A stretch of DNA of 64,000 nucleotides from Eledone cirrhosa (Eukaryota), in contig OZ024741.1 of assembly GCA_964016885.1 (NCBI GenBank), forward strand, positions 411,928,001 to 411,992,000. The letters are read 5' to 3'. Under the pieces are notes generated by a model. That model was not told where the DNA came from and searched no databases. It saw only the letters and a list, made by a program, of their open reading frames with translations. A program made the translations under genes and the position numbers. Every line of letters begins with the position of its first letter. The first letter of the stretch is position 1. Of this stretch, positions 24,401 through 36,214 are shown piece by piece.

Positions 24401-27090
24401 GAGTGGGACACAAGACAATGGCACATGTATGTGAATGGGACACAGGACAATGGCACATGTATGTGAGTGGGACACAAGACAATGGCACATGTATGTGAGT
24501 GGGACAGTGGACAATGGCACGTGTATGTGAGTGGGACACAGGATAATGGCACATGTATGTGAGTGGGACACAGTACAATGGCACATGTATGTAAGTGGGA
24601 CACTGGACAATGGCACATGTATGTAAGTGGGACACTGGACAATGGCACATGTATGTGAGTGAGACACAGTACAATGGCACATGTATGTGAGTGGGACACA
24701 GGACAATGGCACATGTATGTAAGTGGGACACAGGACAATGGCACATGTATGTAAGTGGGACACAGGACAATGGCACATGTATGTAAGTGGGACACAGGAC
24801 AATGTCACATGTATGTAAGTGGGACACTGGACATTGTCTCATGTATGTGAGTGGGACACAGGACAATGGCACAGGTATGTTAGTGGGACACAGGACAATG
24901 GCAGATGTATGTAAGTGGGACACAGGACAATGGCAGATGTATGTGAGTGGGACACAGGACAATGACACATGTATGTGAGTGGGACAGTGGACAACGGCAC
25001 ATGTATGTGAGTGGGACACTAGACATTGTCACATGTATGTAAGCGGGACACAGGACAATGGCACATGTATGTGAGTGGGACAGTGGACAACGGCACATGT
25101 ATGTGAGTGGGACACTAGACATTGTCACATGTATGTAAGTGGGACACAGGACAATGGCACATGTATGTGAATGGGACACAGGACAATGGCACATGTATGT
25201 GAATGGGACACAGGACAATGGCACATGTATGTGAGTGGGACACAAGACAATGGCACATGTATGTAAGTGGGACACAGTACAATGGCACATGTATGTGAGT
25301 GGGACACTAGACATTGTCACATGTATGTAAGTGGGACACAGGACAATGGTACATGTATGTGAGTGGGACACAGGACAATGGCAGATGTATGTGAGTGGGA
25401 CACAAGACAATGGCACATGTATGTAAGTGGGACACAGTACAATGGCACATGTATGTTAGTGGGACACAGTACAATGGCACATGTATGTGAATGGGACACA
25501 GGACAATGGCACATGTATGTGAGTGGGACACTGGACAATGGCACATGTATGTGAATGGGACACAGGACAATGGCACATGTATGTGAATGGGCCACAGGAC
25601 AATGGCACACGTATGTGAGTGGGACACAAGACAATGGCACATGTATGTAAGTGGGACACAGTACAATGGCACATGTATGTGAGTGGGACAGTGGACAATG
25701 GCACGTGTATGTAAGTGGGACACAGTACAATGGCACATGTATGTAAGTGGGACACAGGACAATGGCACATGTATGTGAGTGGGACACAGTACAATGGCAC
25801 ATGTATGTGAGTGGGACAGTGGACAATGTCACATGAATGTAAGTGGGACACAGTACAATGGCACATGTATGTAAGTGGGACACAGGACAATGGCACATGT
25901 ATGTGAGTGGGACACAGTACAATGGCACATGTATGTAAGTAGGACACAGGACAATGGCACATGTATGTAAGTGGGACACAGGACAATGGCACATGTATGT
26001 AAGTGGGACACAGGACGATGGCACATGAATGTGAGTGGGACACTGGAAAATGGCACATGTATGTAAGTGGGACACAGGACAATGTCACATGTATGTGAGT
26101 GGGACAGTGGACAATGTCACATGAATGTAAGTGGGACACTGGACAATGGCACATGTATGTAAGTGGGACACAAGACAATGTCACATGTATGTGAGTGGGA
26201 CACAGGACAATGTCACATGTATGTAAGTGGGACACAGGACAATGGCACATGTATGTGAGTGGGACACAGGACAATGTCACATGAATGTAAGTGGGACACT
26301 GGACAATGACACATGTATGTGAGTGGGACAGTGGACAATGTCACATGAATGTAAGTGGGACACTGGACAATGGCACATGTATGTAAGTGGGACACAGGAC
26401 AATGGCACATGTATGTGAGTGGGACAGTGGACAATGACACATGTATGTGAGTGGGACAGTGGACAATGTCACATGAATGTAAGTGGGACACTGGACAATG
26501 GCACATGTATGTAAGTGGGACACTGGACAATGACACATGTATGTGAGTGGGACAGTGGACAATGTCACATGAATGTAAGTGGGACACTGGACAATGGCAC
26601 ATGTATGTGAGTGGAACACAGGAAATGTCACATGTATGTGAGTGCGACACAGGACAATGGCACATGTATGTAAGTGGGACACAGGACAATGGCACATGTA
26701 TGTGAGTGGGACAGTGGACAATGTCACATGAATGTAAGTGGGACACTGGACAATGGCACATGTATGTGAGTGGAACACAGGAAATGTCACATGTATGTGA
26801 GTGCGACACAGGACAATGGCACATGTATGTAAGTGGGACACAGGACAATGTCACATGTATGTAAGTGTGACACTGGACATTGTCACATGTATGTGAGTGG
26901 GACACTGGACAATGGTACATGTATGTGAGTGGGACACTGGACATTGTCACATGTATGTAAGTGTGACACTGGACATTGTCACATGTATGTGAGTGGGACA
27001 CTGGACAATGGTACATGTATGTGAGTGGGACACTGGACATTGTCACATGTATGTGAGTGGGACACAGGACAATGTCACATGTATGTGAGT
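18402..27090. repeat. 32-bp satellite array, about 8.7 kb and 270 units, with higher-order blocks
   Basis: Unit ATGTCACATGTATGTGAGTGGGACACAGGACA. Diagnostic variants recur at 1503- and 1630-bp spacing. Confidence 0.97.
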
Positions 27091-27820
27091 AACCGAAAGG
27101 AAAGTGGAATAATTATACGAAGCCGATGGTTATAGGCTCGGTGGCAAGGTATTTCCATGGCGATCTCAGTAAAGTGCAGAGAGAGAGAGAAAGATGGAGA
27201 AACCAAAAGTGAGAGGGGGTAGATTTATATATATATCCTCTTCTCTCTCCCTTTCTCTCTATCGATCTTGCTTGTTTGTTGGTCCCCGTTGCACATGCAT
27301 CATACACCCGTTTGGATCCCTTTCCATACTCTTCCCTATCTCTCTCTCTCTATCCCTCTAACTCACCTTCTCAGCCTTCTACTTCCTCTCACTTCCGGTT
27401 CCTCCATCTTTCTCTCTCTCTCGCTCACTTTCACTGAGAATAGACATGGATTTACTTAGCTCCGCTCTTATTATGGCCCCGGGTTTAAACCCAACAGCTT
27501 TTTTAAAACTTGATCTCAATTCTTCTCGGTTACTCACTCACATGTGCCATAGTCCCCTGTTCTCCCTTCTATCGGTATGTTTACTTTTTTTTGCTTTTTT
27601 TCTTCCTTTTTTTCTTCTCTCTTTCTTCTTTTCTTTCTCTCTATTCACTAACGCTTCTTTCCCTCATGGCCTTTTGATAGATAAAAGGGTATGGGCGTGC
27701 TATGGATAGATGTATTGTTTATAATGTGCGGAAACATCTTGGACCCATAATAAACAACTGACGAAGGGAGACTGTCTATCTCTTGTTTGTGTCTCCTTAC
27801 CTTCTAACACTATATATATA

Positions 27821-27875
<55 letters not shown>

Positions 27876-28100
27876 CTCGTATATATATATATATAAGAGA
27901 GTATTGAAGTTTGCTTGAAGCATTGTGGAATAATAAGGTAAATTTCTTTAAGTCGTTTGGAAGCCTCGACAATGCAAATGGGTAAATCTCCGGGTAACAA
28001 GATCCGGTGGTGGAGAGAGAGTTGTAAGTGGGTGTACGTTGAGATGCATGGCGTGTATAAGACGTGTAGAGGAATGAAGGAAAGAGCATAAAGGATAAAT

Positions 28101-28136
<36 letters not shown>

Positions 28137-28353
28137 GAGAATTATATATATATATATATACACCAGGATTTTTTCATTCGGATGACTTGAAAGCAAATTT
28201 TGTTTCCTTCCAAGAAACCACTGGTAAATGAAATAATTATCTTATGTTGTTTATTACATAACTATTAAGCTCTGTAACCTACACAGAGCACTCTTTTTTC
28301 CTGGACCTTTCCGACGGAATTACTTCATTCATACATATATATATATATATATA

Positions 28354-31075
28354 TTAGATTTTATCCTCATCAGAGGACGTGACAGATGGACGGTCGTAAA
28401 CACAAAAGCCTTCCCTAGTGAGGAATGTACATCCCAACATAGCTTAGTTGTCAGCGACCTCACGGTCAGAACTAGACGAGCCCTGAAACAGAGGCCAACC
28501 TGGAGAAGAAAGATCTGGAAGCTGAAAGTCCCCTCAACCAGTAACAGATTTAAAGATATTTTACTCAACGCCTATGACAGTAAAGAAGAACAGATAGAGA
28601 CATTTAACGTAGAAGAGAAATGGGAGTTCCTAAAAAATAACTTACTAGAGGCGACGGATGAGGTTTGTGGCTGGAGTAAGACCTCAAGCAGGAGGAGAGT
28701 GACTTGGTGGTGGAACAATAAGGTAGATGAAGCAGTCAAGGCCAAGAGACAGGCATGGAAAGAAGGGAAGAACGGGGGGAGCAGGGTACATTACATAGAG
28801 ACCAAGAGGGAAGCTAGGCGACAAGTATACTTAGCTAGGAGGGAAGCAGAGGATAGAAAATTCAAGTATGTTTTACAACGTGAGGACCAGAAACAGGAGG
28901 TATTCAAGATTGCGAGGCAGTGTGTCAGAGATAGTTGTGATGTCATTGGAGAGAAGTGTATCCAGAATGATAAAGGTGAGCTTGCCCTCACAAGTGCTGA
29001 GAAGAAAGATGCATGGAAGAGTCATTATGATAGATTACTAAATGAGGAGAATGCATGGGAAGAAGAGACCCTACCCCACGTAGACCCTATAGAGGGACCA
29101 GCAGTACAAGTCAGCGGCAGCGTAGTAAGTAAGGCAATCAGAGATATGAAGATAGGGAAGGCAACCAGTCCATCGGGTATAGCTGCCGAGATGCTGAAGG
29201 CATCTGGGTCTGTAGGTCACACTATAACCACACGTATCGTTAACCAGGTAATACTAGAGGGGGCCATACCAAAAGATTGGTGCAGTAGCATCATTGTCAA
29301 CTGCTACAAAGGTAAAGGCGATGCACTAGATAGAGGAAACTATAGAGGTATAAAGTTGATGGACCAGGTCATGAAAGTAACAGAAAGAGTTATAGCACAG
29401 CTGATTAGGGACCGGGTGAATATAGACGAGATGCAATTTGGGTTTGTACCAGGGAAAGGCACCACTGATGCCCTCTTCCTTGTGAGGCAATTACAGGAAA
29501 AGTACCTAGCTAAAAGTAAGCCACTCTACTTGGCATTTGTCGACCTTGAGAAAGCCTTTGACAGAGTTCCACGTGCAGTAATCTGGTGGGCTCTTAGAAA
29601 ACTAGGAGTAGATGAATGGCTTGTGAAAGCGGTACAAGCCATGTATAGGGGAGCAGTCAGCAAAGTTAGGATTGGCAATGAGTATAGCGAGGAATTTAGC
29701 GTACAGGTTGGGGTCCACCAGGGCTCTGTTCTTAGCCCTCTCCTGTTCATCATAGTCCTGCAGGCAATAACGGAGGAGTTTAAGACCGGATGCTCATGGG
29801 AACTCCTGTATGCTGATGACCTCGCACTCATAGCTGAATCTATGGTAGAACTAGAGAATAAATTCCAAACCTGGAAGCAGGGACTAGAGAGAAAGGGCCT
29901 CAAAGTCAACATGACAAAGACTAAGGTCCTTATAAGTAGACGAGAAAACAGAACCCAGATCCCCTCAGGGAAATGGCCTTGCTCAGTATGTAGGAAAGGT
30001 GTAGGTAGGAACTCCATTCTCTGCCCCAAATGCAAACAATGGGTACACAAGAGATGTAGCGGGATCTCAGGAAGCTTAATTAAGAATGTAGGATTCACAT
30101 GCAGCAGCTGTGCTGAAACAGCAAGCAAACAGCCACAGGAAACAAGTACCACCAATCTCTGGGAGGGCCCTGTAGAAACAGTAGACAGCTTCTGCTACCT
30201 AGGTGACCGAATTAGCAACGGAGGTGGGTGCTCAGAAAGTACAATAACTAGGGTAAGAACGGGATGGAAGAAGTTTAGGGAACTACTACCACTGCTAGCT
30301 GCAAAAGGCTTCTCCCTCAGAATGAAAGGCAGACTGTATGATGCGTGTATCCGAACAGCGATGTTGCATGGTAGTGAGACCTGGGCGCTGAAGGTGGAAG
30401 ACTTACGTAGATTAGAGAGAAACGAAGCCTGCATGCTCCGATGGATGTGTAACAGTAATATACGTGAACGACAAAGCATAAAGGAATTGAGAGAGAGACT
30501 GAGCATAAGAGGAATCAAATGCTGCGTGCAGGAGAGGCGGTTACGCTGGTATGGACATGTGATGCGTATGAAGGATGACAGCTGCATAAAAAGGTGCAGA
30601 GCACTAGAAGTTGATGGAAACCGCGGAGTGGGGAGACCCAAGATGACTTGGGATGAGGTGATAAAAGCCGACCTTACCCAACTACACCTCTCAAAGTCAA
30701 TGACACACGACCGTGACTTCTGGCGTCACGCAGTAATACAGGGTACCCGACCTCCCATGGGTACATGCTGAAGCATATAAACAATATGCCCCCCCCCCAC
30801 CGCAAGGTGGTCGTGGAGGTGCCACGGCAAAAAAGCACCCAGCCCACACTGTAAAGTGGACGTGTAGGCGCCACGAAAAAGCACCTAGCACTCACTGTAA
30901 ATGAGGTTGGTGTTAGGAAGGGCATCCAGCTGTAGAAATCAAGCCAGATCAGGTCCTGTATGAGCAAGGCATGGTCAGCCGACCAGACACTGCCCACAAC
31001 AGGACAACCCGTCTAACCCATGCTAGCGTGGAAGAACGGACGTAAAACGGTGATGATGATGACGGTGATGATGAT
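28354..31075 (+). mobile_element. Young 5'-truncated RTE LINE with open reading frame, 3' UTR and (ATG)n tail
   Basis: The frame appears open from LDFILIR at about 28354 to the stop at 30771. Flanked by (TA)n on both sides. Confidence 0.96.
28699..30771 (+). CDS. RTE reverse transcriptase with PHD-type finger (N-terminal APE mostly missing)
   Basis: 690-aa uninterrupted ORF with NYRGIKL, QFGF, DLEKAFD, GVHQGSVLSP, LLYADDL, a C4HC3 cluster, FCYLG and RLRWYGHVMR. Confidence 0.92.
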   Translation: MTWWWNNKVDEAVKAKRQAWKEGKNGGSRVHYIETKREARRQVYLARREAEDRKFKYVLQREDQKQEVFKIARQCVRDSCDVIGEKCIQNDKGELALTSAEKKDAWKSHYDRLLNEENAWEEETLPHVDPIEGPAVQVSGSVVSKAIRDMKIGKATSPSGIAAEMLKASGSVGHTITTRIVNQVILEGAIPKDWCSSIIVNCYKGKGDALDRGNYRGIKLMDQVMKVTERVIAQLIRDRVNIDEMQFGFVPGKGTTDALFLVRQLQEKYLAKSKPLYLAFVDLEKAFDRVPRAVIWWALRKLGVDEWLVKAVQAMYRGAVSKVRIGNEYSEEFSVQVGVHQGSVLSPLLFIIVLQAITEEFKTGCSWELLYADDLALIAESMVELENKFQTWKQGLERKGLKVNMTKTKVLISRRENRTQIPSGKWPCSVCRKGVGRNSILCPKCKQWVHKRCSGISGSLIKNVGFTCSSCAETASKQPQETSTTNLWEGPVETVDSFCYLGDRISNGGGCSESTITRVRTGWKKFRELLPLLAAKGFSLRMKGRLYDACIRTAMLHGSETWALKVEDLRRLERNEACMLRWMCNSNIRERQSIKELRERLSIRGIKCCVQERRLRWYGHVMRMKDDSCIKRCRALEVDGNRGVGRPKMTWDEVIKADLTQLHLSKSMTHDRDFWRHAVIQGTRPPMGTC

Positions 31076-31146
31076 ATATATATATATATATAATTCTCGT
31101 ATATATATATATAATTCTCGTATATATATATATATAAATACATGCA

Positions 31147-31752
31147 TAGATTAGAAAGAAACAAAGCCTGCATGCTCCGATGGATGTGTAATAGTAATAT
31201 ACACGAATGGCAAACTGAGAGAGAGACTGAGCATAAGAGGAATCAAATGCTGTGTGCAGGAGAGGAGGTTGCATTAGTATGGACATGGGATGCATATGAA
31301 GGATGACAGCTGCATAAAAAGGTGCAGAGCACTAGAAGTCGATGGAAACCGCGGAGTGGGGAGACCCAAGAAGACCTGGGATGAGGTGATAAAAGCCGAC
31401 CTTACTCAATTACACCTCTCAAAGGTGATGACACACGGTCGTGACTCCTGGCGTCATGCAGTAATACAGAGTACCCGACCTCCCATGGGTACAAGCTGAA
31501 GCATATAGACAATATGCCCCCACACCCTCCCACTGTAAAGTGGATGTGGAGGCGCCACGGCAACAAACCACCCAACACTCACTGTAAATGAGGTTGGTGT
31601 TAGGAAGGGCATCCCGCTGTAGAAATCAAGCCAGAATCAGTTCCCGTCTGAGCAAGACATGGTCAGCCGACCGGACACTGTCCACAACAGGACAACCCGT
31701 CTAACCCATGCTAGCGTGCAAGAACGGATGTAAAACGGTGATGATGATGATG
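31147..31752 (+). mobile_element. Older RTE 3' fragment in tandem with the previous copy
   Basis: Diverged copy of 30408-31075 with small deletions. Confidence 0.9.
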
Positions 31753-32834
31753 TATATATATATATATATATAAATATATACATGTGTATGTTTATATTGT
31801 ATGTATATGTGTGTGTGCATGTGAGAATGTGTATGAGTGTGTCTGTATGCGTGTGTGTGTGATACAAATTGACAAATGTTGGTGAGAGGGAAGCAAACAA
31901 TGAAATGTATTGAGTGCTATTTTCATTGGTGAAAGGAAGTGCAATATATTGTCTTATGACATGTTTACTGCCTGAATAAGCAGAGATTTAATATTATGGG
32001 TAGGAGGAGGTTAAGAAGAAGTGGGATTACAAATGTTGTTGCCTGTCAGTGGGATTCCAAGGTTTACTTGGTCCAACAGATACAGCTCATTTAACCACTC
32101 ATATCAATCTTAATCTGTCCAAGATGGTTTAAAAAATTAAAGTCTGTCTCAAACCTGGACTCTCATTTGGCAGGTACTTAACTGTGGTATGAAGTGACTG
32201 ACAGTACAAGACTCCCTCAGGGACACAATGTCAGTCCATCGCAGAGTTAAAATCCGTCCCAAGCTGGAGGTTCATAAGGCCAGTTTCTGTGGCATTAAGC
32301 AACTGAGAGTACAAGATTCCTTCCAGAAGAGGACACCAACCCATCAGAGGGATAACCCCCCCCCCCCCCTGCTATTACTGGTACTCATTTTCATGGGAAT
32401 TGTAATGGAGCAATGTGAAATGAAATGTTGTGCTCAAGAACACAACACATAACCCAATCCAGGAATCTAACCCATTATGATCACAAGTCCAATACACTGA
32501 CCACTAGACCACATACCTCCATTGTCAAATACACTGACCACTAGGCCACATACCTCCACTGTCCAAGAAATAGTTTATATCAAGCTATTTCATACAAACC
32601 CAGCTCAAGTTCCTCTGGTTTTATGAAATAAAGTCACCCATTTTAATGAGTTTCTAATTAAATTAAAATCTTCCAACATAATTTTATATAAGAACCATTT
32701 AAGTAACTATCTTACTAATGAAATAATTAATAATTTTAGTAAAACCCTCAGAATTCTTCGTTAATTAATTGAAACACACAAGTTACAGGTGGGATAATAT
32801 GTTACTGTACATAACACACAAGTTACAGGTGTTT

Positions 32835-33250
32835 TCTTCAGCTTCTTTACTCACTTATTCCTGAGAGAGTCATGGGGGCAGAGTCCTCAAACACTGTTCC
32901 AACAGGTCCTGTCAGAAGCAACTGTCACCAGCTGATCCAGCTGGATCCAGAAGCGTGATCAGCCAAGCTCATGGATGTTATCCAACTATCTTGCTCAGGG
33001 TCTACCCCTGGGTCTCCTGCTGGTTGGTTTTACCATAAAATCTGTCCAGTGATTCTTTCTTGAGACATTCTAACCACATGTCCATAATATTGGAGTTGTG
33101 ATCTCTCAATTTAGAGAAGTAACGACTCTACCTGGAGTGACTCTCTGATGTCTGACCTATGCACTCTATCAAGTAATGTTACTCCAAGGACCCTTCGGTG
33201 GAACCCCATTTCAGCCACTTGTATTAGTGATCCTATTCTTTCGGTCATTA
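32835..33250 (-). mobile_element. 3' fragment of the second RTE family
   Basis: MTERIGSLIQVAEMGFHRRVLGVTLLDRV; homologous to 12598-13015. Confidence 0.8.
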
Positions 33251-33559
33251 AACAAGCTACAGGTGAAATAAAATATATTACTGTACACATCACGGAAACT
33301 CCAGGTATGATGATAAAATATGTAATTAGTTTGCTACTGATCATTAAAAACACATTAACAACTCTGATCACATCTAATTTTCATCTTATCACACCTTTTA
33401 TCCAACACTGTTTTAGTCTTTTATTGGTTTCACTCATTATATTGTGGCCATGCTGGGGCACTGCCAGGAAGGGATTTAAGCAGTTGAATATATTGACCCC
33501 ATTACTATCACAGCATGTACCGGCAGCATTTTATCATGGTACAAGCAGTACTGCTTATA

Positions 33560-33682
33560 TATCATCATCACCAACATCACCACCAATACCATCGTCATCA
33601 TCATCATCATCACTACCACCACCACCAACACCATCGTCATCATCATTACCACCACCACCAACACCACCACCACCACCACCAA
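33560..33682. repeat. (CAT/CAC)n tract
   Basis: Read directly. Confidence 0.9.
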
Positions 33683-33848
33683 TAATTTCTATAACTGAGT
33701 GAACTGGAATCATATAAAATAAAGTGTCTTGCTCAAGAACACAACACACCACCAGGTCAAGGAATCAAACTCCCAACCTTACGATTAGGAATCCAGCTCT
33801 CTAACCACTAAGCTATGCACTATCTCTCTCTCTCTCACACACACATAT

Positions 33849-34089
33849 ATATATATGTATATAGAAGTAGTAACGCAACAGTTAGTTCACCATGCCGAGA
33901 ACATTTGTTTTACCTTAGCGGATCTTCAGCTCAGACTGGACATGGTTATACGGAACAGGAAGAACAACCGTTGTTCTTCCTGTTCCGTATAACCATGACC
34001 AGTCCGAGCTGAGGATCCGCTAAGGTAAAACAAATGTTCTCGGTATGGTGAACTAACTGTTGCGTTACTACTTCTATATACATATATAT
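33849..34089. repeat. About 240-bp near-perfect palindrome containing a hammerhead-like motif
   Basis: Arms of about 120 bp with 4 mismatches and a 1-nt centre at 33969. CCGAG-CTGAGGA-TCC.GCTAA.GGT-AAAAC-AAAT-GTT-CTCGG at 34004-34043. Confidence 0.9.
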
Positions 34090-34102
34090 GTATGTGAATA
34101 TA

Positions 34103-36156
34103 CATCATCATCATCATCATCATCACCGTTTTACGTCCGTTCTTCCACGCTAGCATGGGTTAGACGGGTTGTCCTGTTGTGGGCAGTGTCTGGTCGGCTG
34201 ACCATGCCTTGCTCATACAGGAACTGATCTGGCTTGATTTCTACAGCTGGATGCCCTTCCTAACACCAACCTCATTTACAGTGAGTGCTGGGTGCTTTTT
34301 CGTGGCGCCTACACGTCCACTTTACAGTGTGGGCTGGGTGCTTTTTTGCCGTGGCACCTCCACGACCACCTTGCAGTGGGGGGAGTGGGGGCATATTGTT
34401 TATATGCTTCAGCATGTACCCATGGGAGGTCGGGTACCCTGTATTACTGCGTGACGCCAGAAGTCACGGTCGTGTGTCATTGACTTTGAGAGGTGTAGTT
34501 GGGTAAGGTCGGCTTTTATCACCTCATCCCAAGTCATCTTGGGTCTCCCCACTCCGCGGTTTCCATCAACTTCTAGTGCTCTGCACCTTTTTATGCAGCT
34601 GTCATCCTTCATACGCATCACATGTCCATACCAGCGTAACCGCCTCTCCTGCACGCAGCATTTGATTCCTCTTATGCTCAGTCTCTCTCTCAATTCCTTT
34701 ATGCTTTGTCGTTCACGTATATTACTGTTACACATCCATCGGAGCATGCAGGCTTCGTTTCTCTCTAATCTACGTAAGTCTTCCACCTTCAGCGCCCAGG
34801 TCTCACTACCATGCAACATCGCTGTTCGGATACACGCATCATACAGTCTGCCTTTCATTCTGAGGGAGAAGCCTTTTGCAGCTAGCAGTGGTAGTAGTTC
34901 CCTAAACTTCTTCCATCCCGTTCTTACCCTAGTTATTGTACTTTCTGAGCACCCACCTCCGTTGCTAATTCGGTCACCTAGGTAGCAGAAGCTGTCTACT
35001 GTTTCTACAGGGCCCTCCCAGAGATTGGTGGTACTTGTTTCCTGTGGCTGTTTGCTTGCTGTTTCAGCACAGCTGCTGCATGTGAATCCTACATTCTTAA
35101 TTAAGCTTCCTGAGATCCCGCTACATCTCTTGTGTACCCATTGTTTGCATTTGGGGCAGAGAATGGAGTTCCTACCTACACCTTTCCTACATACTGAGCA
35201 AGGCCATTTCCCTGAGGGGATCTGGGTTCTGTTTTCTCGTCTACTTACAAGGACCTTAGTCTTTGTCATGTTGACTTTGAGGCCCTTTCTCTCTAGTCCC
35301 TGCTTCCAGGTTTGGAATTTATTCTCTAGTTCTACCATAGATTCAGCTATGAGTGCGAGGTCATCAGCATACAGGAGTTCCCATGGGCATCCGGTCTTAA
35401 ACTCCTCCGTTATTGCCTGCAGGACTATGATGAACAGGAGAGGGCTAAGAACAGAGCCCTGGTGGACCCCAACCTGTACGCTAAATTCCTTGTTATACTC
35501 ATTGCTAATCCTAACTTTGCTGACTGCTCCCCTTTACATGGCTTGTACCGCTTTCACAAGCCATTCATCTACTCCTAGTTTTCTAAGAGCCCACCAGATT
35601 ACTGCACGTGGAACTCTGTCAAAGGCTTTCTCAAGGTCGACAAATGCCAAGTAGAGTGGCTTACTTTTAGCTAGGTACTTTTCCTGTAATTGCCTCACAA
35701 GGAAGAGGGCATCAGTGGTGCCTTTCCTTGGTACAAACCCAAATTGCATCTCGTCTATATTCACCCGGTCCCTAATCAGCTGTGCTATAACTCTTTCTGT
35801 TACTTTCATGACCTGGTCCATCAACTTTATACCTCTATAGTTTCCTCTATCTAGTGTATCGCCTTTACCTTTGTAGCAGTTGACAATGATGCTACTGCAC
35901 CAATCTTTTGGTATGGCCCCTTCTAGTATTACCTGGTTAACGATACGTGTGGTTATAGTGTGACCTACAGACCCAGATGCCTTCAGCATCTCGGCAGCTA
36001 TACCCGATGGACCGGTTGCCTTCCCTATCTTCATATCTCTGATTGCCTTACTTACTACGCTGCCGCTGACTTGTACTACTGGTCCCTCTATAGGGTCTAC
36101 GTGGGGTAGGGTCTCTTCTTCCCATCCATTCTCCTCATTTAGTAATCTATCATAAT
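34103..36156 (-). mobile_element. Young 5'-truncated RTE LINE, near-identical inverted copy of 29022-31075
   Basis: ORFs 35534-36034 and 34409-35338 match the 690-aa ORF almost residue for residue. One premature stop at 35534. Confidence 0.96.
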
Positions 36157-36214
36157 CTATATATATACAAAAGAATCAATGGAAACTCAATCTTCTTAAA
36201 GTTAACTTGTCTTA

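Noticed and set aside
18603-27046. Dozens of Cys/His-rich ORFs resembling metallothionein or keratin-associated proteins
   Set aside because: They are translations of a 32-bp unit (not a multiple of 3) cycling through all frames, with no splice or codon evidence.
27430-27810. Possible PLE C-terminus (WIY..L....PGLN) and CTGACGA-AGGGAGAC..GTCTCCTT hammerhead start
   Set aside because: The peptide needs frameshifts and no GAAA follows the stem. It may be a pLTR relic but is too weak to call.
29526-30641. Antisense ORFs of 209 and 148 aa repeated in the RTE copies
   Set aside because: They are shadow frames of the RT ORF and recur only because the copies are nearly identical.
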